From NCBI GenBank assembly GCA_043228905.1, contig JBHGNT010000007.1, positions 6,572,001 to 6,636,000 of the forward strand: DNA of 64,000 bases, written 5' to 3'. The notes below the pieces were generated by a model. The model searched no databases. It was not told where the DNA came from and worked only from the letters and a program-made list of their open reading frames with translations. The stretch is from Azolla caroliniana. Its lineage: Eukaryota > Plantae > Polypodiophyta. Both the position numbers and the translations under genes were made by a program. Shown here in pieces: positions 1-12,176 of this stretch. Numbering within the stretch: the first letter of the stretch is position 1; each line of letters opens with the position of its first letter.

Positions 1-739
1 GACATACTGTGAAATTGCTACGTTTAAAATCCAAATCTACATATGATATATGCACATACATGCATTCAGCCAGATGCAAAATGAGCATCGATCAATCATA
101 CAAATAATAAAAAAGGAACTTACAAACCTGAAATGAAAGACAAGAATAATGACTTTCTATACCATACATGGAAAAGAAGATAGAGTGGGATATATTCCTT
201 AATTAAAATTTTGGAAGGTAATGCAAGTCCATACATTTTGTGTTGAATTAAAGCAACAGTGTGTCTAAGATTGTCCATCACATTGTTTGGAAGGTGAGGT
301 CTCTGCAATCACTGATGTCTGTTGTTTACTTTTTGACACATTTGAAGATTGAAGGGACTCCTTTTGGAGCTAGTTGCCTTTCTGTAATATGTACAGATCT
401 TCTGTCACTAATCCAGGCTTGGGTGTGGATGCTCTGGATCCATCATATTCATTGCATCCCTCTCCTTGTCTCGTTTTGGAGGGATCTTGGATCTTGATTT
501 ACTATCTCCATAATTGTCATGTGACCTATATTACTAGTGGAATTAAGACAATTCTCATTAAAGAGTTCACACAAGTATAATACCTTGGAACATAGGGATG
601 GTATATTATAAGGTCAATATTAATAAGGCATGCTTCCAAAATCATTTTAATTTCTAGGGTTAAGAGCCCACAATCGAGAAAGGCCAGTGTAATATTATAT
701 ATTATAATGTATGTTGGATACCTATGGTTTTCAATGCAG

Positions 740-3700
740 GTCGTGCAAAGTACAAATTCGCATCATTCTGGAACAGAAATCATGCCTTACGAGGACTACA
801 ACGGGCAAACAAAAAGTTTGGAGATCTTCAAGAGCAAATAAAAAAGGCAAGGAAATTGAGTTGTAGATTTTGTGATCACTGTGGTTTAATCTTTGGAAAT
901 TCCTTGCATGCAAGTACCTGAGGACTTATTTGATGCAACTGTGATTACATCTCTGTATTATTCTTAAATATAGATATGTAACATTGACCCATCTGAAGTC
1001 TTTTAATCTATTCAATGAAACATCTATTGAGTTGGATTTGTCTAAGCCATGGACCTAAAAAAAACGCTTGATGTCCAGGTGCATGTGTTTGTTGCCTTGA
1101 CTTTTGTTTCGAGTCCTAAAACCTCTGATGGGTGACCTGTCAGCTATGAAAGAGAGTATTAGACAGTCAAACTTTTCTAATTTAGGACTTCAAAAAGAAA
1201 ATTCCAATTATAACCGTCCCATCATGTTTTTAGGAGTCAAGATGAAATAGTTGTAAGGTCTGGCATGTCATAGAATACAATTAATTCACACCAGAAAGAA
1301 AGAAGGAAGAAAGATATATTAACATCTTTTAAGAAGCCAAAATGGGCAATAAAACAAAACAAGAGATTACATCTTAAGTGTTGTCTCGTCTTTGAGAACA
1401 ACAAATCAAAATAAATAAATGTTAGTAAGTAAAAATAAAAGTAAATAAGATAAAAAGAGACTAAAGAATCTTGTTATCGGCACATTTAAGTTCTCAAGTT
1501 AAAGATATATTGTAAATTTTGTCTTCGAAGATATCTAGCATACGTCGATCCAGAATGGAGAGGTCTCCAAATCGAGGGAAGCACCTGTGATGGTGGGAGA
1601 TAATGCCCTTTATCTGTCGATGACAAGGGTGGCCAGAGACATCCTGATCTGTTGCCCTGATTATCATTTATCATCTACAACATATCCGGTTTCAATCGTC
1701 ATCTGTAAATAGATTAGCGTCATCTTCTATTTAGAGAGATGCTGGTTAGATGTCTTAAAACCCATTCTTCATTCTTGTGGTTGAGCCACACCCCAATCTT
1801 CTTGTTGTTGAGAAGGTACACTTTGGAAGGGGGTAAACTTTGGTTACAATAGTTTGTGTTTGAAACAGTAATTGTTTTTCACATATTATGCTGGGCCTGT
1901 TGTATTTTATGCCAACAGGGCCTTTATTTGACCAAACAGATTTTCTTGGAGATTTCAGGTTATATATTCAAGTGGTTCTTTTTCTAGTACATATTTTCTA
2001 GCATTAGGGAACTTACAACTTCTCTGCTAGGTTTTTCATTTTAAATCAAGTTTCTATTAACAGATTTCAGTGTTTTATATCACTTGTTTGAATACAACAT
2101 TGTGGCTTATTAGGCGTATCTTCTTTGTAGGAAAGAAAACAATCGGACCTCAGAGCTCATAGTAGTTCATGCAATGAGAATGGAACTGTTTTGGAAACGT
2201 TGAATGCAGCCTATGAATTGTCAAATACTGATGGAGAGAAAGGGCAACCATTCATCAAAGATGATGTCTTGGTTGAGATTTTGAAGGTGATGCTTTGGCA
2301 TTTTCACTCATGCATAAGAAATATATTCCAAAAGCATCAATTTCAATTAGTACTAAGCTACATTATTATATTACTGATGATGCATATGTATATTTTGCAC
2401 GTCACAGGATATATCACTACCATGTACAGCCGAGGAATTCTTCAAATGTTTCCTAAGTGACGGATCAAAATTTACTGCACAATATCGTGCCGAGCGTGGG
2501 GATTATGATTTGAAGGTTTGTATTATAAAGTTACAATGAAATTGGATTTTGAAGATTAATTATATATAGTTTTTAACACTACTACTGTTTGAAGTGATAA
2601 ATAAATTATAGATTATGTTTTGGGTAGTCTAAAATCTGTGGAACATAGGCCATAGCTCATAGTCGAATTCTTCTTGGGAGATGAGAGGGGAAGCATGCAC
2701 AATCCTACATATATCTAGGAGTAACATTCACAGGAGGCTACCTGTGCTTGACTTTTCTTGTGGATTTGGAGCCTTGATACCCGTAAAAGATGCATGTATT
2801 CAGTTCCAAGAATCACAAACTAAAATGTATTTGGGGACTGACCCCTTATAGGGCGTGTAAGTGGACAAATTCTGAGAGATCTTTAGTCTTGATGATCTCC
2901 TGCATGATAATGAGTCAAGCATTGGTGCTCCATGATATACTGGCCGAGTCATTACAAAACATTTGGTGAACATGGAGATAATTATTGTGGGTATGCTGAA
3001 ATGCAAGAATGATTCTGTTCACATGGCATTCCCAAATCCAATATAGCTTGGATTGGCCATGTCTGGACATGACTGAAGTGGAAAAAAACAGATTGACTTT
3101 AGTCAATATAGTGGAATTTGATAATGAAAGAAGATAGATGAGCTCCACAACAGCTCTTGGTAGAAAGATTGTTCACTTCAAGGTTCTCTTTTACACACGG
3201 TGTAAGATGGATTTATTATGAAGCCTTCTTATATTGATACACATCTATCTTATGCAGTCCATAGTGTGATTGTGTAGCTTAGGATCTCTTCACATCAGTT
3301 CGAAATTGAGATAGGAAGATATGCACACAATCAAAGGAAGAATGTGCAGCCCATGTTGTAGATGATATAAAGGCAGAAGTTTTAGTCCATTTAAGATCAG
3401 AATGCTGAAGGCTTACCTTATGAGATTCTTTAAAATCTTGGCCAGGTCTACGGCTTTAGCTATATATACTTTCATTTGTTGTTGTCCAAGAAAAGAGAGA
3501 CAGTAAAATAAACAGAACATAAGTTTTAGTTGCAGTGGCACGAGATACCTGCTTTTCTCTTAGAGCTACCATTTTTTTATGTTGCCAGTTGTATTGACAG
3601 ATAATGAAGGTTGGTGACAGTTACATTCTCATTTTTGTGGTAATTATGTTGTGTTATTCAATAGTACTAAGATACAAAATCAAATCACCACTACCAATGC

Positions 3701-5759
3701 ATAAGACACTGCGCAAGGATGCAATTATCACACTGGGGTGCTGATATGTAATATGTAGTGCACCACCAGATAACAAACAGACTTTCTTGGGTGCCAAAAG
3801 CCCAGGAATATGCAAAGAGAAGAACTGCCAGAATAATGAACCATATTCTGAGATGACTGTGCAAAAGAAACACATCCAAGGAGAACGTGAGTTTAAGGAA
3901 ATTGGATTCTCATAATCAACTGAAATTTTGGGGTCATGATCATGAACAATATGGTTATGAAGACCATGAAATTTCTAGACATGCTAAAATAGACCTGTGG
4001 GATAAATATCCATCAATTTCTGATGGCATACCTTGCCAATGAAATTTGAAATGGACAAGTGTTTGACAAGAAGAAACTCTTAGTTAAGATCTTTACTATT
4101 TACTATGACTTTCTTCTGCATCTGTGATTATACCTTCATGTTTGGTGAAACTCGATGTGGTAGGAATGGGTTGCCATTCATATTCTCTTTGATGAAGACA
4201 ATTCCTTAATATGTTGGGTCACCATAACATATGCATATTTATTAGGACATATGTTGTTATGTTGAACAAAGGGTGTTGCGAATCATGTACATGAATCTCT
4301 AAGGGATCACTATGCGTGCATAGGAACATTGCTAGATGTGTGATGTCCTAAAGGAGCATTAGAACTAGATATATGTCATTTGCCTAAGGCCGTCCTTTAT
4401 TGAGTTGTTTCTCATGCTGGGAAAATTCCTTGGATGTGGATTTTGTTCGAGAATTTTCTGGTAGACTGATTGGTTCATATGTTGGAAATAATGATTAATG
4501 CTGTTACTTGTAATCTAGATGCACAAGCGTCTCGAAGCTGTTGGAATTTAGAGTCTGAAGACCTTGTTCTTTTTGTTTTTTGGTTTAATATATGAATGTT
4601 TGGGCAGTGGGGTACTCTGGTGAATTCATGTTTATGGGATAATCCAAGGTGCTGTTCTGACCTTATGTGTGGGAGTTGTTACCTAGCTAAATATTGTGAT
4701 GGGTAGATTGGTTTTCAGAGATCTGTTTTGTATTTTCTCAAATAACATCCAATTAATGGATTGTATGCCTGTTTCGTAAAATTCAGGTTGAACAATGGCA
4801 TACTGCAGATCAGTACAGTGGACTACTTCGTAAAATTTCTCTGAGATCCCTCTGTTCAAATCCAATGTGCCCACCAGATACTGCTCTTACAGAGCTCCAG
4901 CATGCAGTTTTCTTGAACAGACGAAAAACCTTGGTGAGCAGAGTCTCCATTACTTAATTGGAGTGAACTATGACCATAAAATAACTTATCTATTTGTATA
5001 CTATAGATTCTTGAAACAGTTCAACAAGCTCATGATGTTCCATTCGGATCATATTTTGAGGTATGCAAGCACCTCAAAAAAACTTAATGTCTGGTTCTAC
5101 TCTTCTTAATAGCACTCCATTCTCAAACAGATTCATGGAAAATGGACTTTCAACACAGTAGCTGACACATGTAAACTGGACGTGAGAGTAGGTAAGTGCA
5201 TATGCATTTGTGATCGGCTTATCTTTCTAGCATAGAACCTGGGAAAGCTCAAGATTTGAATAAACTATAAGCACCTCTCTCAATCCGATAGTACATTTTA
5301 GGAAACCTGTTGTACATAGCGCTAGCAAGAGTTCTGATAATTCCTTTTTTATTTCGTGTTTCACTGTTTACCTCTGCTAATACAAGAGTAACTGACTTGA
5401 CTTGTGGGAGCAGGAACACACTTCAATAAATGGTTACCCATGCAGGCAAAAATAAAAGCGGGGGCTATTGTTGAGGTGGGTAGTTTTCCCATTCAGATTG
5501 CTAATGGAAATCTACAGGACTAGAGAGTAATACTAATCAATATACACGGTTGCTACAGTGCAAAAATGATGCAGAGCTAATCATTAGGGTTGCAAAAGAA
5601 GAGCTGCTGAAGAGGTGTGAGAACACTAGTAATTGTACTTTGGTGCAATCAAATGATAGAAGTGAAAGCCAGCAGACTGAAAAGAAAAACCAGAATTCTT
5701 GCCTGGAGACATCCGCATCTGTATCATCATCAGCAGCAGGGGACACAAATAAGAATTAA
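740..5759 (+). CDS. BAGP1: C2/GRAM/VASt-domain protein (BAG-associated GRAM protein 1-like), 5'-partial, 8 exons visible
   Basis: Exons 740-846, 2131-2286, 2408-2515, 4787-4933, 5007-5060, 5131-5191, 5414-5475 and 5559-5759 splice in frame. They read [25 protein letters not shown]|[25 protein letters not shown]|[12 protein letters not shown]..|[25 protein letters not shown]..|[18 protein letters not shown]|IHGKW..|[21 protein letters not shown]. This matches my recollection of the GRAM C-terminus and VASt domain of Arabidopsis BAGP1. Upstream exons were not identified. Confidence 0.88.
2640..3450 (+). mobile_element. Degenerate LINE ORF2 3' fragment in a BAGP1 intron
   Basis: Contains a [10 protein letters not shown] motif (~2705-2730), homologous to the minus-strand LINE at ~43090-43160, and the C-terminal LINE motif [15 protein letters not shown] (~3278-3325). 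Boundaries are approximate. Confidence 0.6.
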
Positions 5760-7259
5760 ACGGAATGAAACCATAGAGGACTTTATGGGCTCCTGTTGAT
5801 GCGAAGTTCTCTCCATGTATTGTCTTTTTGTAACTAAATCATAGAGAATATGGGCATATTTTCACATAGAATTCTCTCCATATATTTTTTTAATACAAAA
5901 ACTGTGAATATCACCTACTGCTATTTTGACTACTGGCGGTATTATTATCTGGAATTTATTAATAACATAAAACATATGTTATATTGTAAATCAAATCTAT
6001 TATTCTGTATGTATGAGATATTCTCTTCCCTTCTTTCTGCTTCATTCAGGTACCTTCCCCCATGTCTGATTGGGCTTCATGTAATTCCAGTCATGAAGTT
6101 TAAAACCATCTTCCCATCACAACCAACAAAGATTTGGCCAACTCATCTTCAAAGAATCAGAAACGACAGTGATTTGGAGGAATTAGCTTTGGATTTCAGA
6201 GAAAGACATCGTCATGAAAGACACTGATAAAATTTCCAATCAGCATTTGATTGTTGGGAAGCGATACTAGGTCATAAATACGTTTTTCATGACTGGATTT
6301 GCTTCGCTGGAAAGAGTTTTGTTATTTCTTATGGATATTGGAAAACTTTATTGTGATGAAGACTATCACAGCTTTCACGAATCTAATAGCTTTTGTATTT
6401 AGTGGGTATCATATTGCATTTAGTTGCAAGTATAAGCTCACGATTGGTATTAGCAAGAAGCATTTAGTTATGTGCAGTTGGATGGAACTCTCAAATAAGA
6501 AAAGATAAATGGAGAATCAATTATCAAGCTGGATGATATGACAATGAGGGTAACGAGAATTGTATGGTTTGGATGTGTACAATCTATTGTAACAAAAGAG
6601 TTTTCAATAATTTGTATTGTCGATCCACCTTATCGTCAAGTATATTTTGATTTTGAAGCTCGTATTACTTTGATACAAATGCTTCGATTTGGAAATTCAA
6701 TGGGACATGTTTTTACAAGAATATGATCAGTCAAAAAAGGATATTAAATTCCATCGGTGGCTTCCAAGTTTATTAATTCAAAATTATGAGGTGTCCAATC
6801 TGGTTTAGTCAAAAGATTTTGAAAATATGGAATCAGAAATTGTTCTTTATAATGTTAAGGACTTATTAGTTTTGATCCTTGTGGTATACGAAGGTTATAT
6901 GTATCCTCTCATGGGCATTGGTCTTTGATCAACTATGAACAAAATGATAAATGAAGAATTATGTTTAATTTTAATTACTAAGGTTATAGGTGATGAAAAG
7001 GAGGAGAAATAAAGCTTTATGACTATCTTTTAATAGGCCTAAATGACCTATAAGAGATAGTTTCTAGTATCGTCTTCAAAGGTTGAATATGACTTATGAG
7101 ACCAAAAATATTACCAATGAGTGGCGACTCTCAATGTTCAAAACTTTATTGATGATTGTTGTAATAGAGAGCGCACATTGTCATTGTGAGAGGAATTCAT
7201 GAAAGGATTGGGTTTTGTCGAAGATGTGCTGGAAGCATGGTAGAGTATGATAAAAAAAA

Positions 7260-7617
7260 AGAGCATTGTATCAAAGTGTGACACTTAGAGCCTCACTTGT
7301 TTAGGATAAAGTATGCATAGTCAACCACTCTCATCACTTGTGCCCCAACCCCTAGCTCACATCACAATTATGGAAGCAATGGTTTGTAGGGCAGACAATA
7401 GGATGGGCTCTAGCATGTATCAATGTGTATGGTTCCCCATTTAATGAAGAATATGGTTTTGTAGTTAGGTGTAATATGTGTAGTACAATGTGTGAAGTGT
7501 GAGCCTCTACATTTGTCTCATGTCATGATTCATTGGTGTTGCAAAAAGGCCTCATTTGCAGAGGAATCTATTGATGCATCATGAAGCGTGTAGCATCCCA
7601 CCTACCAAACCATTTTT
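7260..7617 (-). mobile_element. Degenerate LINE 3'-end fragment
   Basis: Aligns by eye with 46130-46500 (gagcattgtatc..., [12 protein letters not shown]). LINE assignment is inferred from C-terminal motif resemblance. Confidence 0.5.
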
Positions 7618-9337
7618 TTATATCTTGCATCCAATCGGAACACAATTTTTTATTTTTATGCATTCGAATGGCATTACTACATCAAGCCCATATGTGAGTC
7701 GGAATGGTGTCAACTGGATACTTGTTTTGTAACTTGTGCGGTAGGTCCACATGGCACTTTGGACTTTCATATCCCAGTCCGTCTGGTTCTCATCGACGAT
7801 CTTTTTCAAGATATTCTGCAGTGTTTTGTTCCTCGATTCTGCTAGCCTGTTTGCCTGAATGTAGTAATGTTACAAGCATGACCATATCCCGTGGTAAGTT
7901 TTATTGTAGTATTCTCTACATGTGTATAGAATGCTACAGTAAAGGGTTAAACGAGAGTGTAAAGAATACTACAGTAAAACTTACCATGGGATATGGTCAT
8001 GCCTGTAACAAGGGGTGCTCCTCTTGTGTATGACCGTGTAGTAAGTTGTCAGTTCTTGCACCACTTTGTTAATAAAATGACCCCCTTGGTCGCTAATTAG
8101 CTCTATCGGACATCCGAATCGGCACCAGATATTTTCATATAAAAACTTAGTCGTCGATGCCATCGTGTTGTCTCGTAAGGCCTTTGCCTCGACCCATTTT
8201 ATACAATAGTCCGTAGTGACCAAAATGTAGTGATGCCCAGTTCGTGTTGCCGTTGGTTTGAACAGTCCGATGAAATCAAGTCCCCATTTTTGAAAAGGTT
8301 CCAAAGGTAGGACTAGTGATGAGACATACGGGCTTGTTCGGAAGGTTGCCCAATTCTCTGGCAAATGTCGCATAATCGGAAATACGTAATTGTGTCCATC
8401 TGGGTTGTTAGCCACCACAACCTGCTTTGCCATATCTTCCAAGCTGTCGTTTCTCTTGCGTAATGCCCTCCAGCTATGCAATAGAGTGCCTCTCATAAGA
8501 TCGCCGGTGTCTCGTCACTACGGATGCATCGTCGCCAAATGCCATCACGGCCTTTATGATAAAGCATTTCATGGAGCAGGCAAAACTTTTGTCTTCTTAC
8601 TGCCAACCATATCTTTTCATCCGTGCGCGTCTGCGTCGGAGGCAACCCGTGGTTAGGAAGCATATCAGTCCGTGAGCCATTTGTCGTCCTGAGACACCTC
8701 CTCAGTGTTGACATCAATCGCCGAAACCCGTAACACCTGTCCATCTGAAAAGTCGTCGTAGATGTCATCGACTAATTCCCTCGACTTGAGTTGACTTAAA
8801 TAGTCGGCGATGGCATGTTGGGCCTCGGGTTTATGCTAGATGTCGACTTCGAATTCCTAGAGTAGTAGCATCAATCTAGCCAATTTTCCGGTCAAAGATT
8901 GTTTGGAGACCAGGTATACTAGCGTTGCGTGGTCTACGTGAAAAACAAATTCACGGCTGAGTAGGTAGTGTCAAAAATTATTTACACTATAGATCATACC
9001 TAGTGCTTCTCGTTTGGTTATCGAATAGTTGCGCTCAGTGACCGAGAGCTTGTGGCTCGTATAATAGACTACTCAATACCAATTCAGCTTTGTTAACTGC
9101 ATTAGTGCACTACTGATGGCTATGTCAAACACGTCGACAAAAACATGAAATGGTTGTGTCTAGTCTAGGGGTTGGACAATAGGTGTCTCTGTCAACATTA
9201 TCTTCAAGGCTTTGTAGGCCTCCTCTTCGTTCTCCGTCCATTGAAATGGCATCCGATGAAGCGTTGCATGTAATGGTGTGGTGAAGTCGGCATGATGCCG
9301 CAACATCTGACTGTGCCATCTTATCTGCCCTAAGAAT
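7618..9337 (-). mobile_element. Truncated Ty3/gypsy pol remnant (RT end, RNase H, integrase), non-chromovirus-like
   Basis: ORF pieces FLGQIRWHSQMLR, FQWTENEEEAY, PFQKWGLDFIG, CRFGCPIELISDQGGHF and WTYRTSYKTSIQLTPFRLTYG, with many stops. Confidence 0.85.
7868..8010. mobile_element. 143-bp fold-back MITE-like insertion with ~48-bp terminal inverted repeats
   Basis: tgttacaagcatgaccatatcccgtggtaagttttattgtagtattct at the left end is the near-perfect reverse complement of the right end. It interrupts the integrase motif HKRSTP|YYIQAN. Confidence 0.85.
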
Positions 9338-9541
9338 TGTTGGGACATCGGTCCCTCCGGATGGGATCCAGTGAGAACCGGAAGAGAAGACATATTTCCG
9401 AATATGTTTTGAGTAAGCCTATTGAGGCTATATTTGTAAATAGCCCTAAGTTCATATAAGTATAAATATGACTTAGGGCAAACACTTTAGGGTGTACATT
9501 GATGTTGTAGCCATATTGTTGTATGTGTATAACTATTGACA

Positions 9542-9625
<84 letters not shown>

Positions 9626-10585
9626 CAGAGCGATACTCTGTTGTAACTGCTGGCTGGCGAAGATACAGAGCTCGAGGTCATTGCCTCGGAGTCTCTGTTT
9701 GTACCTCTCTTATATAATGATAATTTGGAGTCTGTGGGCTCTCGTGGTTTTTCCCTATTAGGGTTTTCCACGTAAACATCTTGTGTCCTCTCTATCTACT
9801 CGTGTGTGTACGTGTGTTCACTCCCTACTTTCCATTACTGTGTTTGATTCTCGTTGGAAGTGTTCAAGACTCGGTAACTGTGGTCGAGCTATATTTCGCG
9901 CTATTCTCTTCAATCTGGTATCAGAGCGAACAACACAGGAAATGGAAGAATCGTTCGGTGACATGTTCAAGCTCACCGGCTCCAACTACTCAGTGTGGAA
10001 GTTGAAGATGAGGGATATGTTGGTGGTCAAAGATCTTTGGTTGCCGGTTCAGTTTGGGGACAAGAGACCGGATAAGATTGACGCCATAGTGTGGGATTGC
10101 CATGCAGGACGAGATGGATTCCCTGCATGAGAACCACACATATGAACTGACAGAGTTGCCGAAAGGGAAGAGAGCACTCTGGAACAAGTGGGTGTACAAG
10201 CTGAAACCTAGAGACGCCTGAAATCCACCAAGGTACAAAGCCTGGATCGTGGTGAAGGGCTTCCAACAGAAGAAAGGAGTGGACTTCGATGAGATCTTTG
10301 CCCCGATAGTAAAGATGACATCTATCTAGACGATATTGAGCATAGCGACAAGCATGGACCTCGAGGTAGAGCAATTGGACGTCAAGACGACATTCCTACA
10401 TGGTGACCTTGAAGAAGAGATCTACATGCATCAACCAGAAGGATTTGAAAATAAAGGGAAGGAGCACCTGGTGTGCCGGTTGAAGAAGAGCTTATACGGA
10501 CTGAAGCAAGCTCCCCGGCAATGGTACTGGAAGTTCGACTCCTTCATGACCGACCAAGGGTACCACAAAACGCAAGCCGATCACT
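9338..10585 (+). mobile_element. Copia family A element, internally deleted and broken (5' LTR, PBS, gag start fused to RT)
   Basis: LTR TG..CA 9338-9912, PBS tggtatcagagc 9916-9927 and gag ATG 9942 (MEESFGDMFKLTGSNYSVWK). At ~10100 it jumps to RT (HENHTYEL, QLDVKTTFLHG, SLYGLKQAPRQW). Confidence 0.9.
9545..9622. repeat. (GA)n microsatellite inside the copia A LTR
   Basis: Uninterrupted AG run of ~78 bp. Shorter runs sit at the same position in the other family LTRs. Confidence 0.95.
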
Positions 10586-12176
10586 GATCGGACTGGTTCT
10601 CTACCAGGGCGAGCCATTCCTAGAAGGATCGAGAAAACCCGATCTTTGGTTCTAGCCAGGTATGCCCACACCTTGTGAGTCGAGTCATCAATGATGCTGA
10701 CGAAGTACAAGGCACCACCATGAGACTGATGTGGCATTGGGCCATAGAAGTTCGAATGGACCAAATCAAGCAGGCTCGATTCTCTCAGTGTTGCTGTTGT
10801 GATGAGAAGCCTGCACGAATACCATCTTCATCAAGTTGTCACAATCAACATTCGTCAAGTTGGACATTATGTAGTACCAATGTAGAGCCTCCTCGAAGGT
10901 TTAGCTCTACAATGCCGATTCCGATAATGGCACAATGCTATGAGTTTCCAACTCGAATTGTGTTGGAGTGTTGGGCTGAATATTGCCGACATTGGGATCG
11001 ATGAGGGGCACATGGTAGGATGCACCCAAATCCAAAAGCCATGTGCTCGATTCCTCAATAGTAATCAAAACTTCTTATTCTACTGAGTGCTCTATGAACA
11101 AGATATTGGGATCATCCGTCAATACTTCGGGTGAAGAGCCAATGGAGTTAACCTTCTCATGCCGGCCACTCTTTTGATCAATTCGATGAGATTTATCATT
11201 CTTGGCTTTGAGTGCACATAAATTAACCTTGGGTTTCTTGCAATAATTGCAGGTTCGATTATCCCAGGATTTGTTCTGTCTTCGAACATTGTTCGGCGGT
11301 CGGGAATAACTTCTTCCTCGACTGCTCGGTCAGTCGGCCAAACCTTGTACTACATAGGCATCACTAGCTGAATCATTTGCAAACGATTTCCTCTGAGCAG
11401 TTTCTTCAGTATTGAACTCGCGACTTTGGAGTACTTCACGGCAGCAGTTGACGCATTGCACACGGTTGTTACAAAATTTTCCCACGAAGGGGGAGAATAC
11501 TCATGACCAACATTGCTTTTAATTTCTCTTTGATCATCGTTCCTTGACCTGAAATTTGGGAGCTTAGACTTTCGTACTCATTGAGGTGTGCTTGGACCGA
11601 GTTAGATTCTTTCATCCGAAGATTGTAGAGGTGCCGAATCAAATATATCTTTGTGGTGGTCTTCTTTTCATAGGTGTTCGTCAGTGTCTTCCATAGTTGG
11701 AAGGTAGTTGAACATGATTGCATTGTGAAGTACACTGACTCCGACAAGTGCATCCAAATGGTGGTGTGGGCATTTCGATCTAACTTTGTCCACTCATTCG
11801 GCTTATATCCTTCTAGAGGGATTTCAAATTCGATCGGATCTATATGACCATTGACAATCAGGTAGTCTTGCGTTTGTTCCTTCCAGAAGTTGAAGTTCGA
11901 CTCGTTGAACTTCCTTAGACTCATTTCCGATGAGCCAGATGTTGATGCCATTCTGTGTTAGCTAACTAGGCTTTGTCCGGGGTCGACTACGAATAGTGGT
12001 GGGGTGCAACCAACTGACTCACCCGATATTGTTCTAGTCAGATTTGGACACGAGTCGAATCGAATTCAACTATTGGCGAGTTCGGTTCGAAGTGGCTACA
12101 ATCGATCGACTTAGCCGAATTGGACACTAAAGTGCCGATTGGTTGGATGATTGGATTTCAGATGATAGTTGGGTAT
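10586..12176 (-). mobile_element. Copia element C, 5' part (UTR, gag, protease, integrase start), inverted relative to the rest of the element
   Basis: gag 11951 MASTSGSSEMSLRKFNESNFNFWKEQ; integrase GPMPHQSHGGALYFVSIIDDSTHKVWAY..WLALVENQSDQ. Confidence 0.85.

Noticed and set aside
3654-3900. Possible antisense exon in a BAGP1 intron
   Set aside because: An acceptor-like sequence is present, but there is no recognisable protein motif or partner exon.
9487-9771. SL/ER-repeat ORFs, and similar low-complexity ORFs at 33652-34206 and 57129-57356
   Set aside because: They are translations of (GA)n or GAA/CTT microsatellite tracts.
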